From a virus (Duplodnaviria; Caudoviricetes), in IMG/VR virus record IMGVR_UViG_3300034357_000231, positions 1 to 25,073 of that record: DNA of 25,073 nt. The stretch is one strand, 5' to 3'. How positions within the stretch are numbered: the first letter of the stretch is position 1; each line of letters begins with the position of its first letter. Both the position numbers and the translations under genes were made by a program. Shown here piece after piece: positions 7,070 through 16,582 of this stretch. Below the pieces are notes generated by a model that did no database searches, was not told where the DNA came from, and saw only the letters and a program-made list of their open reading frames with translations.

Positions 7070-7245
7070 TTTTTCTCCTTCCGAAAAACGTCGTAGAGAC
7101 CGATCAGCGCGATGACTAATGAGCCTACAGCCGCGAGCTGATTTGGATCGATGACAATACCAGCCAGCGCCAACAGGGTGGCAAGGCCAGTCCAAGTGGA
7201 GCTTTCGCGGAGTTTACCTAACAGGGAGTCGATTATAGTTTTCAT
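7066..7245 (-). CDS. Putative holin (59 aa)
   Basis: Hand translation MKTIIDSLLGKLRESSTWTGLATLLALAGIVIDPNQLAAVGSLVIALIGLYDVFRKEKK: two hydrophobic segments and a basic tail. Not in the ORF track. Confidence 0.75.
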   Translation of the reverse strand: MKTIIDSLLGKLRESSTWTGLATLLALAGIVIDPNQLAAVGSLVIALIGLYDVFRKEKK

Positions 7246-7415
7246 TTTCGGAGCTGCTTAACCATGTGTATGAGTGTGGCAATTCCGACCGCGAGCCCAA
7301 CCGAGAGCGAAGCGATGCGGATGCCGGTTTCGATGTGCGGGAGGAGAGAGACGAACACCCCGCCGAAAGATGCGCTGGTGCCGAGAAGGCCGGAAAAGTA
7401 AGGGTGTTCGGTCAT
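7242..7415 (-). CDS. Second holin-like membrane protein (57 aa)
   Basis: Hand translation MTEHPYFSGLLGTSASFGGVFVSLLPHIETGIRIASLSVGLAVGIATLIHMVKQLRK; ATGA overlaps at both ends. Not in the ORF track. Confidence 0.68.
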   Translation of the reverse strand: MTEHPYFSGLLGTSASFGGVFVSLLPHIETGIRIASLSVGLAVGIATLIHMVKQLRK

Positions 7416-7642
7416 GGCGTTACAATTTCAATCCACTTAGGCAATGGTGTTCCCTCCGGAAGCAGAGCACTCCATTCCCATTGGGTGGGCTCGTCAATAT
7501 CGTCGGGCGTTGGAACTAGCGTAACACCCCACGCCATTGGTCGAGTTTGATCGTCAGCGGTTTGATCCCAGCAGAACCACGGCAGGTTGTTGTCGTGTAG
7601 CTCGGTCGCTCGGTAGCGTGTCATTGGCGGGTGTTGTGTCAT
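7412..7642 (-). CDS. Hypothetical protein (76 aa), possibly tail fibre associated
   Basis: ATGA overlaps at both ends; follows the putative fibre gene. Confidence 0.65.
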   Translation of the reverse strand: MTQHPPMTRYRATELHDNNLPWFCWDQTADDQTRPMAWGVTLVPTPDDIDEPTQWEWSALLPEGTPLPKWIEIVTP

Positions 7643-8439
7643 GGTAGTCCGAGTCCTTGGCCAAGGGTTTGTTTTAAGAGACTATGCAAGGCGAGCGATT
7701 GAGATTCGCTCAACGCAAGATTCGCAAACACGCTCGTAAAATGCATGGTCCCATTAAATCCACGGTCTGATAAAACTGGCCCAGCGTGCCCGATAACCAA
7801 ATTCGACTGAGTGCCGCCTAGCGGCGTGCTTAGCGGGATGGATGATGCTAGCGCGCCACCATTTTTCCCAACCCTTAGTATCGGTTGGGTTGGCTCAAAT
7901 ACATGAGTCGAGGAGTATGGGTTGGCAGGCCGAGTAGTCACCGCAGGCGGGTTAATAATAAAACTTGATTCGATAAAATCGCCTCCATTATCAGCAACTG
8001 CGACACAAACGGTAGTCGTAATTGCCCCTGCATTTCGAGTGCCCATCAAACTGATAATCCCGCCGCTTCCACCACCATCGTCAGTGGTTGAGTTTGCTGC
8101 GAAAAACGTGCAATTCTGCGTGCCGTTTAACGCCAGAGTTGTCGTGATGTGCTGGGTCGATGTCCTGACAAATGCTATCCCATCCGCCCCCCAAGTCGGC
8201 CCATTTACCAGTGTTCCATTGTAGGTTCCAAGCCCGCCGAGCGAGTAGGCTGTCGATCCGGTGCCTGCGTTCTGGGCGGAGCGGAGCGGCCAGCAGACCA
8301 TCGAGCTCCAGAGTCCAAGGCGTTTGATGCCTTTAACAAAATAGTTAACCGCTGCGCGATCAGTAGCTCCGCTTGCATTTATAAATACGCGAGCGTCTTG
8401 ATCGAATGACGCTGTGAGCGCTGGAAAACCAAGGATCAT
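7639..8439 (-). CDS. Putative LamG/concanavalin A-like virion protein
   Basis: NGTLVNGPTW...LVIG...GFNGTM...ALSESQ..ALH pattern typical of LamG-like domains. Confidence 0.6.
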   Translation of the reverse strand: MILGFPALTASFDQDARVFINASGATDRAAVNYFVKGIKRLGLWSSMVCWPLRSAQNAGTGSTAYSLGGLGTYNGTLVNGPTWGADGIAFVRTSTQHITTTLALNGTQNCTFFAANSTTDDGGGSGGIISLMGTRNAGAITTTVCVAVADNGGDFIESSFIINPPAVTTRPANPYSSTHVFEPTQPILRVGKNGGALASSIPLSTPLGGTQSNLVIGHAGPVLSDRGFNGTMHFTSVFANLALSESQSLALHSLLKQTLGQGLGLP

Positions 8440-8440
8440 T

Positions 8441-10066
8441 TTAAAAAATGTCCCCTCCGAGAACCCATTCGTTGGTGCCGAGCTTGAGCAGTGTTGCGAG
8501 GCTGTATTGGTTTGCTATCTCATCCGCCCCACCCGGCGAGTTGATCGTAACGCCCGAGCCTGCCGTCAGAGCCACACCGCTCACCGCCGAGCGGTAGAGC
8601 AGCACCTGAGAGCCTGTCGGGAACGGCACCGATGTATTAGGCGGCACGGTGATCGTCATGCCTGTCGTGGCGTTGATGAGTCCGTAAGCGTCTGAGAGCG
8701 CGAGCGTGTAGGCTGTAACCGAAACAGTGTTGATCGGGAGCGAGAACTGCGGCACCGGCGAGAACGCCGCCGTGTCGATCAACTCCTCCGCAACCGTGCA
8801 TCCGCTCAGGATAACCGTCTGGCGAGTGCCTGCCTCCGTGAGTTCGATCTCCAGGTCGAGATCAACGGTGGAGTTGTTTCCGACGAGATCGCGGAGCGCG
8901 AACGTTGCAAAGTTTACGTCTGCCGTTTTGCCGGGCTTGGCGCTCAGGCCGCTTTGAATGGTAAGCGTTGGCTGCTCGCTGTAGCCTTTACCGCCTCCGA
9001 ATGTGATGTCGGCAAACTCTCCGTCGATACCTGCAACGGACACGCCCCCGGCGCCAATACTGTCGAGTGCTTGAAGTGCCGTTGCGATGTCTGACGCGAT
9101 AGCAGAGGCTGGCAGAGGGTCAGTCTGGCGAAGGAAGGTTGCAATCGAACCAGCAGTCGTTGCTGCTGTAGCCGATGCAGTAGTGATCGTCGTGCCCCCT
9201 GCGGTAGTGGCGACGAGAAACGATGTCACTGAAGGGATCGAGTTGATGAAAAGCGTCTGGCCGCGAGTGAATCCGGTGATCGTCGTATCGAATCCGGTGA
9301 TTGTGATCGGCTGGTTGAGTGCGAGGCCGTGCGTTACGCTTGTGAAAAAAACACCTGCTGTCACAGTGCTGTTGCTGGTCAGTGCGATGTCTGGGAAGGT
9401 CAGGCGGAACGTGCCTGCGAAGGGTTTTTGCGAAAATGTGAGTCGCTGTATTTCATTCTGCAATCCGCTGCCGGTGACGGTCGTTGCAATCGTAGCGGTG
9501 ACGGTTGTTGAGAGATCGGTCCACGTGGCCTGATAGACGGCAGGCGTGAGCCGGAGTTGGATCTCCTGCACTTCTTTTGTGCTTGCGCTGCCCGCGATGC
9601 GCTCGTCGATAACCGCAACCGTATCGGGGATGAGTTGCGAGACGTCGGCGGTAATGCTGCCGCGGGTTCCCGCGGTGGTGAAGCGAACCGTAAAATGATC
9701 GTCCAGCGCACCGGTCACCGTGACGCCGCCTGCGCTCGAGATCGCCGACAGCGAGTTGAGCGCAGTTGCGATCTGGCCTGCCGTGGCTGCCGCTTCAATG
9801 CCGCTCGTTGTGTCGCCGCCGAAGGTAAGCGTATACGTGCCACTTTCAGGGACTCCGGAGCGGCTACCGATGCCGAACTTGATGCTTGACGCGCTCTTAT
9901 CGACAACCGTGAACGGCTGGTTGATAACTCCGGTGGCTTGCAAAAAATAAAGGTTAAACGCGCCGTTGTCTCCCTTCGTAAACCGGACGCTTCCGGCGGG
10001 GGCTAGGTTTGTCTCGCTCGCAGCGAGACGGTTGTTGGTCAAATCGATGAAAAGGTCACGTGCCAT
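8441..10066 (-). CDS. Tail fibre / tail-tip protein (541 aa)
   Basis: Thr/Ala/Gly-rich with an internal domain repeat; C-terminal YTLALSD...TITVP...FPTG...WVLGGD module common in phage tail proteins. Confidence 0.72.
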   Translation of the reverse strand: MARDLFIDLTNNRLAASETNLAPAGSVRFTKGDNGAFNLYFLQATGVINQPFTVVDKSASSIKFGIGSRSGVPESGTYTLTFGGDTTSGIEAAATAGQIATALNSLSAISSAGGVTVTGALDDHFTVRFTTAGTRGSITADVSQLIPDTVAVIDERIAGSASTKEVQEIQLRLTPAVYQATWTDLSTTVTATIATTVTGSGLQNEIQRLTFSQKPFAGTFRLTFPDIALTSNSTVTAGVFFTSVTHGLALNQPITITGFDTTITGFTRGQTLFINSIPSVTSFLVATTAGGTTITTASATAATTAGSIATFLRQTDPLPASAIASDIATALQALDSIGAGGVSVAGIDGEFADITFGGGKGYSEQPTLTIQSGLSAKPGKTADVNFATFALRDLVGNNSTVDLDLEIELTEAGTRQTVILSGCTVAEELIDTAAFSPVPQFSLPINTVSVTAYTLALSDAYGLINATTGMTITVPPNTSVPFPTGSQVLLYRSAVSGVALTAGSGVTINSPGGADEIANQYSLATLLKLGTNEWVLGGDIF

Positions 10067-10084
10067 ATTATTTTGGGGGAGTTG

Positions 10085-10801
10085 TCAATTTCTGGGGTCT
10101 TGCAGCCTCGCGCCGGTTGTCGTGTTGTAGATCGGGGAACCATCAGTTGCCGCGTAGGCATAATATTCGGACGGAGTAAGGTCAATATTTACCGCTGTCT
10201 CCGATTCGAAATAAGAGTAAAGAGTTGTTGATTTTTCCTTATATGTCAGCGTTCCAATGGGGATTTCAACATCACTAAAATTAAATCCTACCGCTGTTCC
10301 AAGTAGCTCTGAGGAGCCCTCAAAAAGAAACATAGTAAAATAAAAAAACGGATAATATTTTTTATTGTGAAAAACGCAATTCATGCCTTCATTCTTTACC
10401 CTTGATATTACTAAATACGGTTCCCCCTCATATATAAAGGCATCATCAAAATTTTTACTGAAGTCTTTTGTTATTTCCTCTACCAATTTAATTTCTTCTT
10501 CATAAGAATCAAGGGTCCCAGAAACTGTAAACTCTGGAATATCACCATCTCCTGGGAAGGTTATTGATCCAGTATCAATTTTTTTAATCCTCCACCAGAA
10601 TTCAGCTAATTCATCCAATGTAAATTCAAATGGATAAGGGCTTCCGCTTTCTCCCAAAAAGATAGTTCTCTCGTAATATTCTTCTGCCTCTTCTTTTGTA
10701 AAAAATGCAAACGGGAACCCACTAAATCCAGAATAGTTAAACTTTTGGAAATTTGTTGCAAAATTATCCTGCCTTGTCCCAAAAGCTACTCTTTGTCCCA
10801 T
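10085..10801 (-). CDS. Hypothetical tail-region protein (238 aa), AT-rich
   Basis: Long ORF within the tail operon; acidic and aromatic composition. Confidence 0.7.
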   Translation of the reverse strand: MGQRVAFGTRQDNFATNFQKFNYSGFSGFPFAFFTKEEAEEYYERTIFLGESGSPYPFEFTLDELAEFWWRIKKIDTGSITFPGDGDIPEFTVSGTLDSYEEEIKLVEEITKDFSKNFDDAFIYEGEPYLVISRVKNEGMNCVFHNKKYYPFFYFTMFLFEGSSELLGTAVGFNFSDVEIPIGTLTYKEKSTTLYSYFESETAVNIDLTPSEYYAYAATDGSPIYNTTTGARLQDPRN

Positions 10802-10805
10802 AAAA

Positions 10806-11300
10806 TTATGGAATTTCTATGGGGTATTGTTCCCCGGCGGCGTCTTGCGTCGCACATTGGAACCCCTCTTTGTAAAGCGTGCCATTGATAGCAACAATAT
10901 ATTCTCGTGTGTTTCCGCCGGTCCCGGTCCCCCAACTCAACGCTCCGCCAGTCGAGCCGAGCACGTAGGTTCCGGAGCTGGGAGCGGGAATATAATTAAA
11001 CGCTCCACTTGTAAACGCCAAGACTGAGCCTTCGGTAGGAGTAGCAATAACCGTAATCTTGCTCCCGTCCCAAATGTAAATTTGGTTTGCTTCTGTTCCA
11101 GCGTCAATATTTAGCCTGCGCTGGCTGTGTCCGCCTGCTCCGGTTGTTTCCGTGTAAACCCCTTCGGCAATATCAAGGGTGGCAAAAACAAAATCTTGCA
11201 TCAGGTCTCTGGCTTTGATCGCGTAGGGATAATCTTTGCCTGTGGTGCCTGTCGGCCCCTTGACAAGCTCTTCAAAATTAACTGGTGGGTTGGAGGGCAT
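10806..11300 (-). CDS. Hypothetical tail-region protein (164 aa)
   Basis: Tightly packed in the tail operon. Confidence 0.7.
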   Translation of the reverse strand: MPSNPPVNFEELVKGPTGTTGKDYPYAIKARDLMQDFVFATLDIAEGVYTETTGAGGHSQRRLNIDAGTEANQIYIWDGSKITVIATPTEGSVLAFTSGAFNYIPAPSSGTYVLGSTGGALSWGTGTGGNTREYIVAINGTLYKEGFQCATQDAAGEQYPIEIP

Positions 11301-11303
11301 AAA

Positions 11304-12374
11304 TCAAAGAGCAAAATCAAAGTTATTTCCGGTTTTGAACGCAATAGTCACCGATGCTCCAACTCCGTTCTTGTTAAATGCGGCAATTTTCGCTTGATAA
11401 ACAGTGCTCCCCGACAACCCTTGAATACGCAGTGAAAGGGTGCTACTACTGCTACCAGCTTGGCCCAAGCCGATACTAAAAGTATTACCTCTGGCTCCTG
11501 CTCCATAAGTCGCCCTAAGAGTCTCATTCCCAATTTTTACCTGCACCCCGTCAGAGAATGGCGGTTTAAAAAGGTAAATAAATGCCCCATCTTTAACACT
11601 ACTAATGGAATCAAGTGTTACTTGTGGTGACGGCGAAGCGTCATTAAAAAATGATCCGAAATTAATATTACTTGTTTGAACAATATAGTTGATAGAGATT
11701 TCATCGAAGCTACCGAAATTAGTGCGTTCAAATCCTAATGGTACCGCAAAAAATGGAAGGCTTCTCCTCTGAGTAGGTGATGGGACATAGCCTGAATTTA
11801 ATATCGGGAATATTTCAACCGCTGAAAATGATTGTGAAAAAAGATCGATATCAGTGTCTTTTACAAAGGCTCCTCCTATAGAGCGAATGTCTGTTGGTTG
11901 CTGAATTCTTTCGTTTGCTGGAACGCAAAAACGAAAATAAGCATCAGCATAGTCGTAGAAATAAGGCGACTTATAAAAATTAGATATTGTTTGAGAGCTG
12001 TTGCTATCATTTGGGTCATAGCTAAGGTTTACGTTTGAAATATTTGCAGTAAAATTAATTGCCCTTGTGCCTATTGGGCCTCTAATCCTTTGCCCCGTTT
12101 TGTTAGTCCGGCCATACGCCGTCACGCGAAACTCCGAAAAACCATCGTCTCTGGCTACTTCCGCCGTATCAGGGAAAATATAAAGCCCATCAATCGCGGG
12201 TGCATCATCGTTAGGCATTTTAGCTCCAGCTTTTAGTTGATTACGATAAGTTGCAGCATTAGCATTCCGACAAACAAACGACTGCTCCACACGCACCAAC
12301 CCGCTCGGGTAGGTCTGCACCGTGCGGTTAGGGAGTGCGATTAGTTCAGATGTTCCGTGGTAAGTGTATGCCAT
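11304..12374 (-). CDS. Tail-tip protein with C-terminal fibronectin type III-like domain
   Basis: Directly follows the tape measure gene; IQGLSGSTVYQAKIAAFNKNGVG matches the FN3 pattern. Confidence 0.65.
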   Translation of the reverse strand: MAYTYHGTSELIALPNRTVQTYPSGLVRVEQSFVCRNANAATYRNQLKAGAKMPNDDAPAIDGLYIFPDTAEVARDDGFSEFRVTAYGRTNKTGQRIRGPIGTRAINFTANISNVNLSYDPNDSNSSQTISNFYKSPYFYDYADAYFRFCVPANERIQQPTDIRSIGGAFVKDTDIDLFSQSFSAVEIFPILNSGYVPSPTQRRSLPFFAVPLGFERTNFGSFDEISINYIVQTSNINFGSFFNDASPSPQVTLDSISSVKDGAFIYLFKPPFSDGVQVKIGNETLRATYGAGARGNTFSIGLGQAGSSSSTLSLRIQGLSGSTVYQAKIAAFNKNGVGASVTIAFKTGNNFDFAL

Positions 12375-12379
12375 AATTT

Positions 12380-15124
12380 TTATGCGAGCGCCGTCATCGG
12401 CAACCTGTCTCGGATCGTTGAAATAATGTCGGTCCAGCCGTTCAGAATTGATGTAATCGACGTCACGTCGGCAATAGCGTCGCCGCCGTCTCCGCCCTTT
12501 CCACCATTGCCACCGTTGCCACCCGCTCCACCTTCGCCGCCTGTGAAGTTGTTTGTAATCTCGGCTTGCAACGCTCCGACAGCGCTGTCGATTTGGGCTT
12601 GATCGGCCTTCACTGTCATCGGCACGTCGGTGGCTGCGGCTTCTAAATCGGAGCGAACTGCTTGTTTTGCCGTGTCGTCTACCGTCGGGCTTACTACCGT
12701 GGCGACGCTTGCGAGCTCGGTTTCGAGCGTATTTTTTGCATCAGCGACTGCCGTGCTTAAGTCCGACTCGTTTATCGATGGCGTCACGTCTGGGGTGTTA
12801 ATCCCATCAAGCTCCGTGTTTGCCGTAGCGACCCCGCCTGAGACGCTCCCGATAGCTGGCGTGACCGTCGGCGCGTTAATGTTTGCTAGAGCCGTTTGGA
12901 CGGCTTGCAACTTGTTATTTACGCCAATCTCATCAACCGTTGGTGTGACGTCCGTAACCGGCATATCAGCAATCGCCTGAACAGCCGCGTTGATGGCTTT
13001 AATTTTAGTTTCCTGCGTCGCCATTTTATCAACATCGAGCCCGAGCTTTTTAATGATGTCCTCGATACTCATTTGGGACATATCCACGCCGATAAAATCC
13101 TTCATCTCCCCGAGTTTTGTTCGGGACTCTACTAGCGCGGCATTAAGCGCCTTGGCGCTGCCGTCCATCTTCTCTTGAGCGATTTTCTTGACGGCCTCCT
13201 GCACTGTTCCCGCTTCGGTTGCTGCGTTGGTGAGGTTAGTTTTTAGTCCGGCAGCATGTTTTTTTGCCTTTTCTGCGGCGTCAGCAACATTGATCGTTTC
13301 TGTTGCGAGGTCTGCAGCCTTATCTTTGGACAACCCAGTGTCCTTCATTATTTTTTCCGTCAGATCCGCGTGCTTCTTTTTTGCTTCTAGACTAGCAGCT
13401 AGGATGGTGTCTCCTGCGGCTAGCGCTGCGTTGATTTGGTTTTGTGCGTTGATTTCAGCAAGCGAGTCTGCCTTCCGTGCAGCAATTTTATTGTTCCGCT
13501 CCTGTTCGGCTGTTATTTGCTGCTCAATCTTATCTAATTGTTCGCCTGCCTTCTCGTTCGCTTCGCCGAGCGAAACGTTGATTTCTCCCATTATTTCCGC
13601 GTGCTGTGTCGTCAGCGGGATCTGCGCGCCGATCTCCCCGGTCATATCGCTCAGGGATACATTCCCTTCGTCGATTAAAGATTTAAAAGTTGTAGCACCT
13701 TGATTAATGCTCGCAAACGCGCCGCCGCTATCTCCACCGATAGCATTTAACGATGTAGCCACGTCACCCGCTGCTGTAGCTGTTGCGTCTAGTTTTGGTG
13801 CGGTATCTCCAGCAGCGGTTCCGATACCGTTAATTGATGTGGTTGCGCCTGCATTACTGGTAACCATTGCGTCAGCTGCGGCTCCAGCACCCTTGATTGC
13901 TACAGTCAATGGATTGAACCCGTTTGGCAACAAGGCGGCGACGGCACTAATTGTTTTTAAGGTATCTTGTCTAAAATCCTCAAATCCGGTAGCAGTCCCA
14001 CCAAGATCAATTGTTATTGATTTTAAGCCTGCCCCCACAGCTGTGATACCCTGATTGAATAAAGTGATATCCTGCACCACGCCCTTCAGAGTAGGCGCAA
14101 TGATATTTCCAATTTTTTTTCCAAACCCTGCCGCATCCACATTCTCCATTGCGGTTCCCAGCCCCTGCACTGCAGGAATTGTTTGGCTAAGAATACCGGC
14201 TGCGAATGCCGCCAACTTCCCTTGAACCGCATTAACGCTTTCTCCGAAAGTGTCGAACGTTCCAGCGTGCTCATCCATTATTGATGCAAGCGATCCCACC
14301 TTTCCTTCGGCATCCGTTAGGCTCGGAGAAAACTGAGTTAAGAGCGGAAGCAACTTGCCGCCGAGCTTCTCGCCGAAAACTTCTGATGCCGTCGCCGCGC
14401 GTGCTGTTGGGTCTTCGATAGCTGCAATTTTCGCAGCAAAGACTCCCATCTGTTCTGTCGGTGTCTTGCCTGCTAAGTCGGAAAAGGAGACCCCTAGTTT
14501 ATCCATCGCTGCCTTTTGCGTCGCGCCACCGTTCGCCGCGTCCTGCATAAAGTTTTGGAGTTTATTAATCACCGTGCCTACCTGATCTCCAGACAGGCCG
14601 GCATTCTTGAATGCCGTTTCAAGCACCAACAAATTCCCTGCTGTCTCGCCGGTTCTCGCGCTAAGTTCCGAGAGTCGCCCGCCGAGATCAAGTGCTTGGC
14701 CGAAGCCATCAACTATCGCTCGGCCTGCAGAGAACACACCGTCGATGATCGCTTCGAATCCCTTTGCCGCCAAATTGCCAACGGTGAATGCAGCTGCAAT
14801 TTTTTGAAAACTTGCGTCGAACATCCCTGCGGAATTTTCCGCCTTGTTTCCGGCGTTGTTTGCCGAGTTGCCGAGTTCGTCCACCTTCGGCGACGCAGCG
14901 GATGCGGCTGTGCCTGCATCGGTAGTGGCCGTTGCCATGTTCTGGATTTTCGTCTCCAGCCCTTCCAACTGCTTTATTTTGCTGAGAGACTTCTGAAATT
15001 CTTCAGCCGACATCGCCGTAGTTTTCTGCTGCGCGTCTAAAGTCGCAAGCTCGGTTTGGATATTCTTGAGCGTTTGCGCTAGGCCAGTGTCACTGGCCCC
15101 AAATTCGACTGATACGTCCGCCAT
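12380..15124 (-). CDS. Tail tape measure protein (914 aa)
   Basis: Longest ORF, Ala-rich and helical; LSELSARTG, MDKLGVS and ASEVFG motifs; position after the chaperones. Confidence 0.9.
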   Translation of the reverse strand: MADVSVEFGASDTGLAQTLKNIQTELATLDAQQKTTAMSAEEFQKSLSKIKQLEGLETKIQNMATATTDAGTAASAASPKVDELGNSANNAGNKAENSAGMFDASFQKIAAAFTVGNLAAKGFEAIIDGVFSAGRAIVDGFGQALDLGGRLSELSARTGETAGNLLVLETAFKNAGLSGDQVGTVINKLQNFMQDAANGGATQKAAMDKLGVSFSDLAGKTPTEQMGVFAAKIAAIEDPTARAATASEVFGEKLGGKLLPLLTQFSPSLTDAEGKVGSLASIMDEHAGTFDTFGESVNAVQGKLAAFAAGILSQTIPAVQGLGTAMENVDAAGFGKKIGNIIAPTLKGVVQDITLFNQGITAVGAGLKSITIDLGGTATGFEDFRQDTLKTISAVAALLPNGFNPLTVAIKGAGAAADAMVTSNAGATTSINGIGTAAGDTAPKLDATATAAGDVATSLNAIGGDSGGAFASINQGATTFKSLIDEGNVSLSDMTGEIGAQIPLTTQHAEIMGEINVSLGEANEKAGEQLDKIEQQITAEQERNNKIAARKADSLAEINAQNQINAALAAGDTILAASLEAKKKHADLTEKIMKDTGLSKDKAADLATETINVADAAEKAKKHAAGLKTNLTNAATEAGTVQEAVKKIAQEKMDGSAKALNAALVESRTKLGEMKDFIGVDMSQMSIEDIIKKLGLDVDKMATQETKIKAINAAVQAIADMPVTDVTPTVDEIGVNNKLQAVQTALANINAPTVTPAIGSVSGGVATANTELDGINTPDVTPSINESDLSTAVADAKNTLETELASVATVVSPTVDDTAKQAVRSDLEAAATDVPMTVKADQAQIDSAVGALQAEITNNFTGGEGGAGGNGGNGGKGGDGGDAIADVTSITSILNGWTDIISTIRDRLPMTALA

Positions 15125-15127
15125 ATA

Positions 15128-15961
15128 CTAGGTCAATTCCGTCAAAGTTTTCTTGCGCTTTTTTAAGATTTGCGTCATCTGATTAATCATTTTTCCGATT
15201 ACAATATTTTTAGCATTCTGCACTTCGCTCTGCGGCAAAACTTGGCTCGCATATTTTGTTGCATTAGTCAGCGTCACGCGCGGATTGTTCAAGTCGCGCG
15301 AATTGTCAATAACATCAGAGTTCGGCGAGTCGTGGCGAGCGACCCATGCAGGGATTCCGCGAGTTGCGCTGCCACTTGTCACCTTGCGAAGCTCGCGAGC
15401 ACACGCAGCCCAGGCAGACTTTGCCCAACCCACTTTTAGGATTTGGGAATCAACATAGTTGTCAAGCGTGGATTGATCGACAAACATTTTCTCGGTAAAT
15501 CTCCATCGGCCAATAGTCCGATCACGCCCGCCAGCAGATGACATTTTGCCATTTACGAATTTGCTTTTATGGAATGTTCGCAATTCACCTTCACTAGCGT
15601 TTGGTCGGAAAAAACTTTTATCGGTGCCATATACCTTGCCGTCTTTTGTGATGAACAACCGCACATTCGGCCCCTTAGCATACCAAGCAAACCCTTCATC
15701 TTTTTCAAAATTAGCGACTCCAAAAATGCCTGCCCTTACAGTCCCGCTGCCACCCCTCCCGCGCAGATCGCGAGTAATAGATTTCTCGCCCACCTTCTTG
15801 GCCTTGTCATCGACTCCGAAAGGCTGCGTGCGACGAGCTAACTCTACGCAAAGCAATCGAGCCGATGCCACGACGGCGTCAGGGATCGACTGCTCCCGCA
15901 GCTCCGCGTATTCTTCAAGGATATTTTTCAATCCTTCTGTTTGGAATTTAAATTTTGCCAT
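15128..15961 (-). CDS. Basic virion morphogenesis protein, possibly neck/tail completion
   Basis: 277 aa, Lys/Arg-rich, located between the chaperones and tape measure; family call is tentative. Confidence 0.5.
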   Translation of the reverse strand: MAKFKFQTEGLKNILEEYAELREQSIPDAVVASARLLCVELARRTQPFGVDDKAKKVGEKSITRDLRGRGGSGTVRAGIFGVANFEKDEGFAWYAKGPNVRLFITKDGKVYGTDKSFFRPNASEGELRTFHKSKFVNGKMSSAGGRDRTIGRWRFTEKMFVDQSTLDNYVDSQILKVGWAKSAWAACARELRKVTSGSATRGIPAWVARHDSPNSDVIDNSRDLNNPRVTLTNATKYASQVLPQSEVQNAKNIVIGKMINQMTQILKKRKKTLTELT

Positions 15962-16184
15962 ATCGCGAAAGCACGTCGTCTAATAGGGCAAGAGCGTCAA
16001 CGCTGTTGCCTGCCTGCGTATTAGTCCAAACCCGCGTCTGGCCGCTCGCCATGCCGTCGCAATGCAATAACTGCAAGCCTGCTGCAAACGGCAGCTCTTC
16101 GACAATCTCTCGGAATCCCCAGCCGGTGATTTTTGCGATACGGTAAACGTATCCCGACAACCAACTGGGAGATGCTAGTTTCCC
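15948..16184 (-). CDS. Tail assembly chaperone, -1 frameshift extension (gpGT-like C-terminal part)
   Basis: The -1 frame from the slippery site reads GKLASPSWLSGYVYRIAKITGW..., continuous with track ORF 15948..16160. Confidence 0.8.
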   Translation of the reverse strand, partial: GKLASPSWLSGYVYRIAKITGWGFREIVEELPFAAGLQLLHCDGMASGQTRVWTNTQAGNSVDALALLDDVLSRYGKI

Positions 16185-16579
16185 GGCGCCGAACCCTTCT
16201 GGTTATTGCCCACAGGGTGGCTGGCGCTCGCTGCGTAGGCCTTAAAGCCGTCGTTCATCGCGACTCCTACAGCGTCAAGATCGGTGTGGTGGCTGATGTT
16301 CTTCTCGATCCACACGTCCACGGCGTCGATGAATGTAGCCTTGTCGTTAACAACCGAGCGGATCGCCGGGAACGGCGCAGAATGTAGGAACGCAAACGCA
16401 GCGGATTTCCAGATCAAATCTTTTTTGTCGGAAAAGATTTCGTTGCGGTGCATCCACGATACCGACAGCGCCGTGACAGGTCGGAAGTCGAGTCCGATGA
16501 TTGTTTTCGTGCCGTCGGTGATGCCTTCTTCGCGAAGGATTTCATCGTCTTTTTCGTATTCAGGTTTTACTTTTTTCAT
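16175..16579 (-). CDS. Tail assembly chaperone (gpG-like)
   Basis: Lies between the tail tube and tape measure genes; ends CCG GGA AAC TAG. Confidence 0.8.
   Translation of the reverse strand: MKKVKPEYEKDDEILREEGITDGTKTIIGLDFRPVTALSVSWMHRNEIFSDKKDLIWKSAAFAFLHSAPFPAIRSVVNDKATFIDAVDVWIEKNISHHTDLDAVGVAMNDGFKAYAASASHPVGNNQKGSAPGN
16178..16184 (-). other. -1 ribosomal frameshift heptamer G GGA AAC
   Basis: X XXY YYZ pattern in the correct phase, immediately before the stop codon. Confidence 0.82.
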
Positions 16580-16582
16580 AAA

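Noticed and set aside
7639-12374. Diversity-generating retroelement acting on tail genes
   Set aside because: No reverse transcriptase or template/variable repeat pair was seen in the window.
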